Shown here piece by piece: positions 46,161-61,985 of a DNA stretch of 64,000 nucleotides. The stretch comes from the human T2T-CHM13v2.0 reference genome, Homo sapiens. The first letter of the stretch is position 1. Every line of letters begins with the position of its first letter. The translations under genes were made by a program, and so were the position numbers. Below the pieces are notes generated by a model that ran no database searches, was not told the DNA's origin, and saw only the letters and a program-made list of their open reading frames with translations. Location of the stretch: the NCBI RefSeq assembly GCF_009914755.1, contig NC_060929.1. One strand, 5' to 3'.

Positions 46161-46820
46161 TTCAGATTTTCAGATTAGGGATACTCAACTTATACACTTA
46201 AGTCTCTGGACAGTGAAATCATGAGTATTTTTTCTTCTGTGATCTCCTACATTTTCTATATGGTAAATACGTGCCAGTTTCATAATCAGAAATGAAATTA
46301 CAAAGATCATTTAAAAATAGCAAAAGAAATTGGTATGAAGGAGATAAATTTAAGTTCGCTGAAAAAAATCATTCTAATATAACCCAGTTAGCTAATGTAG
46401 TTTCTTTGTTTTTAAGATTAATTGCTTAGACAGCATGTAATCAGAATAAAACAGGTGTATTTTAATCTATTTTTAAAATTTAGTAATTTTATAATAGTTG
46501 ATTTTCTTAGTCACCACTACTTTCATAAATAACCTTTGTTCTTCAAGGTGGAGCATGGTAATATTTCCATGCAAGCAAAATGTTGTTTATAATGCTGTTC
46601 ATTGATGCATCCTGTCGGGTCGCAAAAGGCTACCTGGAAGTTTGTGAAAGATGTTTGGTGGGTAGCAGAAAGTTGTGAGGCTTAACAAATAAATTTGGCT
46701 AAATAAAATTCTGATGGGTGCACATAGTAGCCAGTACTCCAATTCATTCATGTGCATTCTGGATTACTGCAGCCACGTCATAATTAGGGTGGTAATGACT
46801 TAATAAACCAAATAATTGAA

Positions 46821-47166
<346 letters not shown>

Positions 47167-47221
47167 TCATTTCTCTACTTCTATTTTTGGTAGCACTGTT
47201 ATTGTTTTTAGACCAATATAC

Positions 47222-47398
47222 CTTTTTTTAAATTAAAAAAGATTGTTTTAGAGTCGGTGTCTCACTCTGTCACCCAGCCTGGAATGCAGAGATGTGATCG
47301 TGACTCACTGCAGCCTCAAACTCCTGGGCTCAAATGATCCTGTCACCTCAGCCTCCTGAGGAGCTGGGACTACCAGGCATATGCCACCAAATCTGGCC
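47222..47398 (-). mobile_element. Alu right-arm monomer (FRAM/AluJ)
   Basis: gtctcactctgtcacccagcctgga...gagctgggactacc. Confidence 0.8.
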
Positions 47399-48949
47399 AG
47401 CTTATGCTTATTTTTAAACATTTTTTCTTAAGAGAAGACATAATGGCATTTAGTGTGATAGTATATTCTAAACAATTTATGATGATGATTTTTGTCCTCA
47501 AACACATGTTATTACTTCCAGTATAATTCTTCTGTCTGCAGAAGAGTGAGGACAAAAGGTATTGCTCTCTTCCGCCAATAATAGTATTCTTGAGTTAATG
47601 GAGTGCTTTAGAGTGTAGTGTGTGTATCTCATGATTCTTTCAATATTCTTTGGAGGATGGCAGAGCAGGCATTATGAATTTGGTCTTGTACATAAGGAAA
47701 CTGGAACTTAGAGATTTTCAGTTAATTTGCTAGAAGATGAAGATGTCTAAGAGAAGGAAATGTGAACTAAGATGATATTTAGAAAGGACAAGGTGGTTGG
47801 AACCAGACAAACATGGATATGAGTCATGATTCTGTCATTTGGGAAAGTCACTCAATCTCACTGATAATCACTTTTCACATACATAAAAAAAGGTATTAAG
47901 TCCAACTTTGAGGAAATGTTATAAGACTTAAATAAGAATAATACATGTTAAGCATCTAGAATTTAGGATGTTTCTTTAACAGCTATCTCCGTTCATTTCT
48001 CTTAAATATCTTTATGTTTAGGAGACAGTTGTAGCTGAATATTTTAAGTCTGGAAACAAGCATGACTGGCAGATGCAATTATAGACAATTTTAACTGTGA
48101 TTCCCCGGGTCACTTTGAATTTCTTCTGTGGGATAAATTCTTCCCTTGCTCTAGATGAAAGGGCAACTCCTACAACTTACCACTTCCAGTCAATGAAAGC
48201 TTCTTCCAAAAAGGAATTCATATGTTAGACCCAGAGTGGTCATCAAAACTTTAACCTCAATTTCAAGTTAAAACTTCTTCTCCCTGCACTCAGGCCAGCT
48301 CAGACCAAAAGCCTGCAGTAGAGAAAGTGGATGTGTTTGCCTGTTTCTTTTTTCTCCATCTAGGATTCTTCCTTCTCTAGCTCGCTAACCACATCAGAGT
48401 CACAATAGGATAGCGAGGAGAGGAAGCGGGCAGTTAGCAGGTTCTTACTTGACACTAATACAGTTGTGAGTAGCCCTATGTTCTCTGCCCTGAGAGCTTT
48501 TAAAGCCCTCTCTTTCTCTTATGGGTCTGTTTTGTGAGTTATGTGGAGACTCCCTACCCCACCTGTTACTATGGATCTCTCATGTAGTTGCTTAGTGGGG
48601 ATCATGTACTCTCCCACTGGCTGGTCACTTATGTCTCCTTTTTCAGGTGCTAGACATCTGATGGTGCCTCAACAATTTTTCCCCTGCTGAAATCTGTATT
48701 TCTTCCAGAAATCCCTTTCAGAAAAAAATCTAAGACAACCCCACCCTGGCTGTCTTGCACAGCTCGCATCTGGTACAGGAGAAAAATTCACATATTCTTT
48801 GTTTCAACAAACTCTGAGCAAGTAACTTGCCCAAGGCAGCAACTTCTCTTTCACTTTATTGTGAGAACTGTTAGCTGACATTTCTTAATTATATTTGCTG
48901 TGTCCTCAAAACCCATGACACTTGCATCAAACTTTGTGTCTGTCATGAA

Positions 48950-49650
<701 letters not shown>

Positions 49651-50180
49651 CTAACTTTAACCATCTCAGTCCATTTTTGCAGCTTAAAGTCACATTATAC
49701 ACTTCAGGCTTAAATAGATGACTGAGTCATGGATAAATCATTCACAGGAATCATAAAAGTCCTGATTCAATATGAACCTTTAATTTTATTATTGGTGGAA
49801 GGATGCTGATGTAATCGATTTTGCAATATATAATATAATTTTAAAAGATAAATGTGTTACATTTCTTTTGTTGTTGTTTTCTCGTTATATTGTAGTGCAC
49901 AGTGAGTGAATATGGACAGAGAATATTTTTTAAAACAAAAAAAGTGTTACACTCAGGTTTTAAATCATATTTTAGTTCTGTATCATTTGTTGGTGTATTT
50001 CAAGGATCTATAACTGTAGTGATGTACTTTCAAAAAGTAAAGATCCACTTATTTTTCTTTCCTCTTACCTCCTCCTGCCTGCATTCACCTTTCAGCTTTC
50101 ATAATCTATCCGAGAGCCATTCTTCAGCTTTAAATTACAGCACCCTCTACTGAGCTGTTAGCAACATTACATTGTGGCCG

Positions 50181-51250
50181 TTTTTCTTTCTTTTTTTTTT
50201 TTTTGACACAATAAATTTTATTGTTTCCATAATAATAGGCTCTGGACAAAGACAATGGAGACAATGACAACACATTTAAACTCCTATAACAAATTAATCT
50301 GTTACAAATTTCCAGTGGCTCAATATATTAAAATGCAAAATATATAAAGAGAAAAACAAGAAATATAAATATTGAGATTTTTGCAGTACAATGAAATGTC
50401 CTTTAAATAAAGTTTGTTGTAATTGTGTATGTAATTCTGACAGTAATTCAAAACACAAAATCACACATTTTCCCTAACTTCCCACGATCTGGATCTGGGG
50501 ATTGCAATATTACAGAAATATGCAAAAGTAAGTTTAGTGCTCAGAGATAAATAATTTTCCTTATTTCAATGCATCAATGTGCAAAAATTTCAATTCAAAA
50601 AAGCCAATCACTGCTATATGCAGATAAATAAAACAGATTTGACAACACTTTTATAATCAAACCCAACACTATAAAAAATAATGTGTGCGTGTGCATGTAC
50701 ATGTGTGTGCATGTGTGTATACAATGCCCATTTTAGAAAAAAGGTGTCTTGATGAAAATGATTTTGAAAATAGTCACTGATACACATTATATACATAACC
50801 TTTTATATAAAAAATTAAACTATTTTCAATGAAATTCCATGTTCACATCCTATCTGAAAACTGTAATAGAATCATAAATAGGTCTACTAATGGTTTCTCT
50901 CTGAAATCATGGCTAAGGCACTTCTCTTTCCAAGGGTTTTCTTTTATATCCATCTGATATCACTAATACTAATGTAGTCAAGTATACAGATGCAACCTGA
51001 CATGCCTATGCATTATTACCTGGAGCTCTGTTCACTGTTATAATGGGAGAATTTACAGTTTCTACAAAGAATATTTTTCTTTTTAAAATTATACTGGTTT
51101 CTGTATTCCAAATTAAGGACTTACTTAAGACATTAAGTTTTTCCATTAGTGGTTGCCTTTCTTTCAGAAGCAAAATATAATTTTCAAAATCATATTTTGA
51201 AAATGCACTACAGAGATGAACTCTCTGCAAATCCAATTGCTCTCAAACTA
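50181..51250 (-). pseudogene. Probable 5'-truncated processed retrocopy (mRNA 3'UTR only); parent not identified
   Basis: T-run 50181-50204 (poly(A) on minus) with minus-strand AATAAA at 50217-50222, 12 nt from the tail; body is not Alu or L1. Right boundary is a guess and no TSD was found. Confidence 0.55.
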
Positions 51251-53652
51251 TTTGAAACTTATTACAATTATACATTACTGCAAAGATACAAGTAGTCATG
51301 AGCTTGAAGATACAATCAGACTTTAATGTAAAGGACATTCAGTTTTTGGGTATATTTAGCAGAAAAGCACGAAAGAAAATAGCAAAAAGTTCTACTTTAA
51401 AAATGAGTAATAGACACTTTAAAATAAGAAATGTGCATTTAAAATTTTTCTCTGCAGAGTGTGTTAGCTGTTAAAATGAATGTTAGGGGAGCAATTTTTA
51501 GAGATTCTTAGGTTAATTGTTTTTGATATGACCCAAATTTCTTCTAGCTATAAAACCCTTTAAGTGTGATAAAATTATTTCCTGTATCCCCTGACTAGAT
51601 GATATGCTGTGGGAAGACTGAGAATTTTGTTGGTTTTCCTTACTGCTGCATCCCCTATATGAAGATCTGTGTACGGCACATAGCAGACACTCAATAAATA
51701 TTTAATAGTTGAATGAACAAAGTATGTGGGAAGAAATGTCTATTCACACCTGCTTTGCACTTTAAAAGCACAAAAGACCTTATTACTGAACCACTTGTGA
51801 TTAGTCCTTTTATTTCCATCTTACTTACTGCCCTTTTCTTCTTAGAACTTTGATCACCATTATTATAATATGGTACTGAACTCTTCAGTGTTTGGATCTC
51901 TTCTTGTAAAACTTTATATATGTAAGATGAGTGGGGGGAAGTAGTTTACATAAGATAATTCATGTAACTGGCCTTCTCTTTAAATAATTCTATGTAAACT
52001 TTTGATTTTTATTATTCTGGTTTATAAATGGTGCCTTTTTGCCATGTTCTCACACGGTAGAAGGGGCTAGGGCATTAATCCCAATCATGAGGGATTCACC
52101 CTCATAGTCTATCACCCTCAAAGCCCTCACTCCTAATACTGTCACCTTGGGGGTTAGAATTTCAACATATGAATTTGAGGGAGACACGAACATTCAAACC
52201 ATAGCTATATTATAATAAATGATTTAATATTTCTCAGTCTCCCTATCTGGAAACTGAGATTAGAAGTTCAATGTAATACATTTCTACCATTATACTGTTG
52301 CTTTACTCCCTCCTCTCTACTTGAATTTACTCTACAAACTCCTTTACTATTGTTTTGCCACTTCTCTTTGGCTGTGAAAGTTCCAAATAGGAAATATTCT
52401 CTCTCTTCTTTTAATGACAATTGTCCATTAGAGTTGTTAGTAGCTTTGCCCTAACAGATCACCTATCAGCTGCAGGGGCTTTGACTCATGAATGGTTAGT
52501 GCCATAGAGATTAGCAATAAAGGTGGAATAGGAAATAAAGGTGACAATGAATACAGGTTGATAAGCCCACATCTCCAGTGATTTGTAATTTATTGGCTAG
52601 GACCCAGAATTTAAAATATCCGATAGAGAGAAGTGCCAGTTCAGAATGTCAGCAGTCAGATAAATGTGGTCTCTTTAACTGACAAGATTTAAAACAAAAA
52701 TATGTAATGTAATATACTTTCACATATTATACAAAAATTTAATGGTATAATGCAATAAAACATTTGTTTTGTATTTTTTGTACAAACAATCCATGATTAT
52801 TATTAGTTTCATCTTCCTTACCTACTGCCACCATTTACTCAGTTTCAGTTAATATAAGATGATATTTTCTAAAAGACAAAATTCTGAATTGAAATGCAAG
52901 ATGATTACCTATTAGAGACTTAAAGAACTATCAGATTATCTGTAAACAATTTTGTCATTTTGTTTTTAAAAAGTTAATTGTTGAGCTCTGCCTTCAATTA
53001 CATTGTCAAATACATAGGCAGTGAGTAGAAGTCATACAAAAATAAATCAAAATCTGTTTTTCTCCTTGCTTTAATGAAGAGCAGTGAAAGTTACATAATC
53101 CTAATCTATGAAGAATTTATCTACATAAGCCAAATATGAACCATACATAGGTACAGAGAGAGAGAGAGAGAGACATGACAAGAGAGAGTCAATTTTTATA
53201 ATGATATAGCACTAGTAAGCTTGAAGAATTTACTTATTTCACCAAGGAAAACTTGTGGGTTTTTTTCCTCCAAAATTAACAAACAGAAACACTGATAGGG
53301 AGAAATACAGCATTTATGTTGCCGTGTATCTTGGGGAACACTGCAGTTTTAGTAACTGGATGCTGTCTTCAGTTTATCATCTTCAAAGCATTTTAACTTT
53401 CCTTAAATAGGATTTTCTATAAAGAATTCTACTTCAAATGTACACTTAGCTTGATTTATTCTATATAGCTTAGAGTTTTCCAAGCAATGCTTGAATATAA
53501 ATTCAATCAAATTCCCAATAGAATGTAAGAATGCACAAATGAAATACAATTCAAATGATATGACTCAAATATTGGGGCCCAAGATTAACATAATTTTTAC
53601 TATATAGTTGCATCTATATCCCTAATAAAGTATATATAAACATATTTGATCT

Positions 53653-53947
<295 letters not shown>

Positions 53948-55953
53948 CTATAATTCAAATACCTAATATTTGAAGATAAAATATTTGGAAAATATTAAGA
54001 AAAATTCATTCAGGTTTTCCAGAATGAACTCTAATTATCAAAAAGTGCCAATAGATGTTAGAAATTACTGTTATCTTTATAAGCAGAATACAAAATATAA
54101 GCATTACATGTAGTTCTGTGAATTTAAAGCAAAATATACAGCATATAGATTGATTCCGTACCTAGAATACAATTTCAATAGAAACATTTCTAACATTTTC
54201 CCTAATAACTTGGACAGAGTGTTTGACTTTTTTTGTTGTTTTTGTTTTCAGTAATGAATGAATGAAAAGAAAAGCACATGAAAATATGCTAAAAAATATA
54301 CATAGCAAATTCTAATAATCTTATTAGACAGAAATTTTATGATATCCTGGTCTATGTGTGTTATTCCTCTATGTTTCTGCAGCTGGTACAGTGCTTTGAA
54401 CATAAAAAATAATTTAATATATATTTATGAAGTGAATGAACAATTATGTTTTAGTATCTACTGTATATTCAATACTGTAATAAATGACATGAAGGCTACA
54501 GAAACATGTGGTCTTCAGAGTGTCCAAATCCTTCTAAAAGTTGTGAAATGAAGCAAATGTGGGGTGGGGGAGGTGCTTTTAAGTCGATATTTCTAAATCC
54601 ACAGAACCAAAGTAATCTGCTTTTTTTAAAATGTTGAGAATTTTATGTCATTAAGGGACAAATTGAATATCAGACCTGAAAAAGGAAAAGGTAGAACTTG
54701 ACAGTAACCTAATCAAATGGAAAGAAATACCTAGGGGCTTTAATCATAAGGTAGCTGGGACAGGATTTTGGTGAATCATGGCAAACCAGTCACAGAAGGA
54801 AGTGTTGACAGTACCCATTCTCTGAGCTTTCTAGTGGGAGGTGGCTCTTCTAAGAAACCTCCAATATCCTGACCTGATTTTTAAGATCAGTTTTCATGTG
54901 AAGAAACATAGATTATAAACATGGAGGATTTGGTGTCCCATTGGTAAGACCATTCATACAGTAAGATGGATGAATCAGGCTATTTTAGCATTTTGTCTTT
55001 TTAAATATCTGATTTTTCTCTCAGTTTTCTAATATTATGCTCAAAATCCCCTGATTATTACATAGCTCCTTATATAGATTTTCTAAAGGAGAATAATATA
55101 TTTGTCATAATTTATGTAGACCCAGAGTATGCCTGCTATTTAGTAGTAATTTCTCACTGGAAATTAATAAGTAATTTGATGATTATTTTATTTCCTCATG
55201 GAAAGAAAATGAGCTAACAAGAAGATAGGGCTATTCCCTATCTTCTATGAAAGTCTATGAAAGATACATATGTCATTATTAATTTTACAAAGCAATTTCA
55301 TAACCTAGGTCATTACGAGTTTACCTCTAAGAAATAGATTTTGTTGATATGTACTGAGAAGTCAAGGATCTGAACCTGTAATATGGAAAGACTGCCCTTG
55401 GACCTTGGAAAATGCACCAGATACTAAATGCCACTCACTAGACTATTGGGAAATAGATTTTCCCAGGGGTACTTGACATTACTGCATAATGTTCCTTTTA
55501 AACAACAACTAAGAAATCTGGAACTGAAGCCAAATTATGGTGAAAACAAGAATCAAAATTATTTGCCATTAGTAGCCTGTACTATCACTGTTGCTTCTTG
55601 TTGTTTTGTAACATTGGCCTCTTACATAAAGAATTCATCAGCAGCAACCTTTAAATCTGATGATCTAATGAAGTGAGAAAAGACAATGGCCTATAAAGAG
55701 CAAATGGCACCTGGAGGTAATAGAGGGTGCTGCCTCCCTCTCTCCTCTACATGCTGCCACTGCACTAGAATTGGCAGAGGCTAGACATGTTATAATGTCT
55801 GCATAGACTGGTTTACAGTAATATTTATCCTCTTTTGCCTCACTTAACCATGCCTTTTCAAACAAGTGTTACTTTTACTTTTCCTCTCAGAAAAATCCCC
55901 ATTATGTTATTTTTAAATGTGTATTCTACAATTGGCATTAAAATCAGACAGAC

Positions 55954-56299
<346 letters not shown>

Positions 56300-57685
56300 T
56301 TAGTGTGTAACCAGAGGAAAGCTGAGGATCCTAATAGCCTTCACTCTACTGAATGAAAACAGTATCTGCTATGCCAGTGAGGGATCACCAGGCTTTTTTG
56401 AAGGTCCTCTTAGTGATTGGCTAGGTTCTTTCTGTGGTTACTACTACATATGGAACAGGAACATCTTTCTAGATAGAGATATTTAGTCAAATTCAAAAGT
56501 ATAAATTATAATAAAACTTATATTTTGAGTGGAAAAATTGTTTAAAATTATGAATTATAACCTTTAAAGTTGAGGAAATACTTTCCCTACTCTAGACAAT
56601 TTCTAGTTTGAAGCAGTTTCTTTTTTATTTTTAAATAATATAAGTCCTCTTATATCCATGTGCTTAATAAGGTATTTGGGTTTCTGTGCTACATAGTGAC
56701 CAGAAAGTTTTCTAAGCACGGTTAGGGAAGTTATTGTTTTTCCTTTTTGTTTTGTTTTTTACAATATTTTTAAATAAGCAGTTTGCAAATTTGCCTCTAG
56801 ATTCTTCACATCTATAAAACTTAATGAGTCTCTCATAAATTACAGACCTCATGACTCACAAAAGGTATAATTATTTTATTTGTTGAGTGGAACATGTGAA
56901 CATAACTTTTCAATTTAAAAATAATTCTATATAATATAGCCCTGGGGTTTAAATTCACCACTTATTTTTCATGAATTACTTTAGTAAAACATTCTTTTCC
57001 TAGAGTTGATTTCAAAATATTATTCGTCCACTCTATGTTAGGACCATATTGATGTACTAGTAGATGGAAATGGTATTGGGAAAGTCGCCAGTGAAATAAA
57101 TGACTAAAGACAGAGCTTAAAAGTATGACATACACAAATTGAAGACTAGATTGATGTTCTTTTTAGTCCACAAATCAATTCAATATAATCGCTTGCCTAA
57201 GAAAATATTTCATTTGACTAAGTTTGCAGTGATATTTTTAACCCAACTTTTCTCGAAGACACAGCTTATGTGGCCTAAAGAATTGCCAGCACATAAAAAA
57301 ATCTCCAACATAAAACGACAGTCAGAGGGGAAGGTCAGTTGGAATGGAATGAAGAGTGTCTCTCCACTTGAAATGGCAGTCTTTTATTGCTATCTGCTGC
57401 AGATAGGCTTAAAGATTTTACAAGATCAGATCCGTGAAAGTGATCAATCTCTAAGAAGTAGAGCCATTAAAGGGTGTTAAGATAGCAAAATCAAAGCAAA
57501 CACAAGTACATTTCTTACTTCTTAGTACCTTGAACCCTGGATGGGACTGCTTCAAAAAAGCAGGTCTTAGAAAACAGATCCACAGTGAAGTAGCTCAGTG
57601 TTAAATTCTGAACATTGTCCTGACATATTTGGTAAAGATAATAAAATCATAATAATTAGTATCAGTAGCTAACATCTTCAGCTGC

Positions 57686-59957
57686 TGATATTGTTTGGCT
57701 GTGTCCCCACCCAAATCTCAACTTGAATTGTATCTCCCAGAATTCCCAAGTGTTGTGGGAGGGTCCCAGGGGCAGGTAACTGAATCATGGAGGCTGTCTT
57801 TCCTATGCTTTTCTCATGACAGTGAATTAGTATCATGAGATATGATGGGTTTATCATGGGTTTCCGCTTTTCTTTTTCCTCATTTTCTCTTGCCACTGCC
57901 ATGTAAGAAGTGCATTTTCCTTCCCACCATGATTCTGAGTCCTCCCTAGCCATGTGGAACTATAAGTCCAATTAAAACTCTTTTTCTTCCCAGTCTCAGG
58001 TATATCTTTATCAGCAGCATGAAAATGGGCTAATACAGTAAATTGGTACCAGTAGAGTGGGCATTGCTGAAAAGATATCCAAAAATGTGGAAGCAACTTT
58101 GGAACTGGGTAACAGGCAGAGATTGGAACAGTTTGAAGGGCTGAGAAGAAGACAGGAAAATGTGGGAAAGTTTGGAACTTCCTAGAGGTTTGTTGAATGG
58201 CTTTGCCCAAAATGCTGATAGTGATATGGACAATAAGGTCTAGACTGAGGTGGTCTCAGATGGAGATGAGGAACTTGTTGGGAACTGGAGCAAAGGTGAC
58301 TCTTGTCATATTTTAGCAGAGACTGGTGGCATTTTGCCCCCGTCTTAGAGATTTGTGGAACATTAAACTTCAGAGGGATGATTTAGGGTATCTGACAGAA
58401 GAAAGTTCTAAGCAGCAAAGCATTCAATAGATGACTTGGGTGCTGTTAAAGGTATTCAGTGTTATAAAGGAAGCAGAGCATAAACATTTGGAAAATTTGC
58501 AGTCTGACTATGCAATAGAAAAGAAAAACCCATTTTCTGGGAAGAAATTCAAACTGGCTGCAGAAATTCGTATAAGTAGCAATGAGCCTAATGTTAATCC
58601 CCAAGACCATGGAGAAAATCTCTCCAGGCCATGTCAGAGACCTTCACTGCAGCATCTCCCATCACAGGCCTGGAGGCCCCGGAGGAAAAAGTGTTTTTGT
58701 GAGCCAGGCCCAGGGTCCCCATGCTGTGTGCAGCCTAGGGACTTGGTGCCCTGTGTCCTAACTGCAGCAGCCATGGCTGAAAGGGGCCAACATACAGCTT
58801 GGGCTATGGCTTCAGAGGGTGGAAGCACTAAGCCTTAGTAGCCTCCAGCTGGTGTTGAGTCTGCAGGTGCACAGAAGCCAAGAATTGAGGTTTGGGAACC
58901 TCCGCCTAGATTTCAGGAGATGTACGGAAATGCCTGGGTGACCAGAAAAAAGTCTGCTGCAGGGGTGGGGCTCTCATGGAGAACCTCTGCTAAGGCAGTG
59001 TGGAAGGGAAATGTGGTGTCAGAGCTCCCACACAGAGTCCCTACTGGGGCACTGCCTAGTGGATCTGTGAGAAGAGGGCCATCCTCCTCCAGACCCCAGA
59101 ATGGGGTCTACCAGCTTATACCATATCCCTGGAAAAGCTGCAGACTCCTCGAGCCCATGAAATCAGCTTGGAGGGAGGCTATTCCCTGCAAAGTCACAGA
59201 GGCAGAGCTGCCCAAGACCATGGAAATCCACCTCTTGCATCAGACTGACCTGGATGTGAGACCTGGAGTCAAAGGAGATCATTCTGGAACTTTAAAATAT
59301 GACTGCTCTGCTGGATTTTGGACTTGAATGGGCCCTGTAACCCTTTCATTTTGGTCAATTTCTTCCATTTGGGATGGCTGTATTTACCCAATACCTGTAC
59401 CCCCATCGTATCTAGGAAGTAACTAGTTTGCTTTTGATTTTACAGGCTCATAGGCAGAAGGGACTTATTTTGTCTCAGATGAGACTTTGGAATGTGGACT
59501 TTGGGTTAATGCTGAAATTACTTAAGACTTTGGGGGACTGTTGGGAAGGTATGATTGGTTTTGAAATGTGAGGATATGAAATTTGGTGTGGCCAGGGGCA
59601 GAATGATATGATTTGGCAGTGTCCCCACCCAAGTCTCAACTTGAATTGTATCTCTCAGAATTCCCACATGTTGTGGGAGGGACCCCAGGGGAGGTAATTG
59701 AATCATGGGGACCAGTCTTTCCGGTGGTATTCTTATGATAGTGAATAAGTCTTATGAAACCTGATGGGCTTATCAGGGGTTTCTGCTTTTGCTTCTTCCT
59801 CATTTTCCCTTGCAGCTGCCATGTAAGAAGTGCCTTTCACCTCCTGCCATGATTCTGAGGCCTCTCCAGCCATGTGGAACTGTTAAGTCCAATAAACCTC
59901 TTTTTCTTGTCACTCTCAGGTATTTCTTCATCAGCAGCATGAAAACAGACTAATATA
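57686..59957 (+). mobile_element. Full-length THE1 (THE1C-like) MaLR: LTR-internal-LTR
   Basis: 5' LTR 57686-58037, internal 58038-59603 (gtaaattggtaccagtagagtggg...ggccaggggcagaa), 3' LTR 59604-59957; the LTRs are direct repeats. Confidence 0.93.
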
Positions 59958-61671
59958 GATACATTTAAAAAATCTCAAGGCTTTCTTAATGGACACAAAA
60001 GTTATGCTATTGATATAAAAAGCAATAACTGAGAATGCAACTTTCTTGGTTCCTTTTACTTCTTGGTTCTCACTGCTGTTCCTGACAACAAATTTCAAGA
60101 TAACATGATGTAATGGCAATTCTAAAAAACTGAGATTTCCCAAGTGGTTTTACTGAAAACCTGCCCAGAAGAAGTTTAAAAAAAAAAGTCTTGAATAAAT
60201 TTCTTCACAACTTATTGCAAAGAAAATCCTCAAGATTTACAACATTAACATATTAAGTCTCAGAGTGTGTTATTTTGTTTTTTTAATTTTTCAAATATGT
60301 TTTATTTTAGAACCATAATTTTCATGAACACATATTGGCCTCCATTGGCATTATGATTTCTAGAAATGTCAAAGCTACAGCAATGAGCATCCAATAGAAT
60401 AATGCCCCAAAGCCAAGGGAAGAGAACATTCAGGTTTACTTCTTGAGACCCTCAGCTTCAATCCCTCTCTCACCCACAAAATAATATATAGCAATATAAC
60501 ATACTGAATCTGAAGAATTAGGTTATATATGAGAAACTGAAATGTACTAATCTAAACTAAACGTAAGCTAATCTAAATTAGTAAAAAACATTACTCAGAG
60601 AAAATTAAAGTTTTTTTAAATGTAAAATATATGTCCAGTGTATGTTTTATCACTAGATATGATGAAGGAATAATTAAAATTTTAGTATCTCATATTTTAT
60701 GTACAATATCAATGGAACATACTGGGAAAATTATCTGTGTTATAAAAGTTAATCCTGCTATTTGGACTATTTGCCAAGACACCACCTCTGATTTTATATT
60801 CAGGGACGGAAACAGACAACAGGCATTTTATTTAATTATTCCCATTGTACTGTGCACTGGAGGAAAAATCAAATGCATTAGCTTTGTAATATCTCACAAG
60901 GACAAGGCAAGGCAAGAAACACCTGTTTTTATATGCATATTTCATGGTTGCTGAAAGTTGAAATTTACTTTTTGAAATATGTACAAAGATAGGAGTAGGA
61001 AATGCATTTTTAAACGGCACAGTCAGCATTCAATATCTTAAAACCATTACAGCCTAGATATTTAATATTGCTCGCAAAATTAGTCCAGATAAGAAGTATC
61101 AGTTTTATTTGTATATAAAGAAGACGTATTTAAATAATGCTAGTAAACCAGGATGAATCATGAACATTTTTCTATAACATTTTAAGTAGTAAAGAGTAGT
61201 GAAGAGTACACAGAACTACAAATTCATTGTATTTCAGGGATCATTTTTTATCTAAAGAAACCATGAAGGGACTATCAAGATTACACTTGTTGATACTACC
61301 AAAGGGGAATTTAGTAGAAAACAAGAAAATGTCATAGTATATTTCTGCTAGGCTTATTAAAAATTGAAACAATCTTGTCTATACTATATTCCTATTCTTT
61401 TTATTTTGTATAAAGTATTTATTTTAAGAATTGTTTCAAGAGATGACCATCAATAATCAATGAGCAATAGCTCTATGTAAGGTATTAACCAGGACCTGGA
61501 TTTTCAGCATTTCTGTCAAAGACTTGAACTTAAAAATAAAATAAAATATATTTTATCTATTTAATTGATTTCCCATGTAAACATCAACAATCTCTAGGAA
61601 AAAATAATAAAGTTAAGTAGTTAATTTTAAAATAAAGAATTAAAAAACTAGAATACAAAAAATAACTTAAT

Positions 61672-61985
61672 GGGCCAAGCACGGTGGCTTATACCTGTAA
61701 TCCCAGTACTTTGGGAGGGCAAGGCAGGAAGATTGCTTGAGCCCAGGAGTTCAACACCAGCCTGGACAACATGGTGAAATCCCATCTCAACTAAACATAC
61801 AAAAAAAAAAAAAAAATTACCTGAGCAGAGTCATATGCCCCTGTAGTCCCAGCTACTAGGGAGGCTGAGGTGGGAGAATTACCTGAGTCCAAGGAAGTCA
61901 AGGCTACAGTGAGCTATGATGGCACCATTGCACTCCAGCTTGAATGACAGAGTGAGACCATGTCTCAAAAAAACCCAAACAAACA
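61672..61985 (+). mobile_element. AluJ-like
   Basis: gggccaagcacggtggcttatacctgtaatcccag...gagaccatgtctcaaaaaaa. Confidence 0.9.

Noticed and set aside
58431-59327. Two 135-aa ORFs
   Set aside because: Lie in the THE1 internal region, as decayed MaLR sequence
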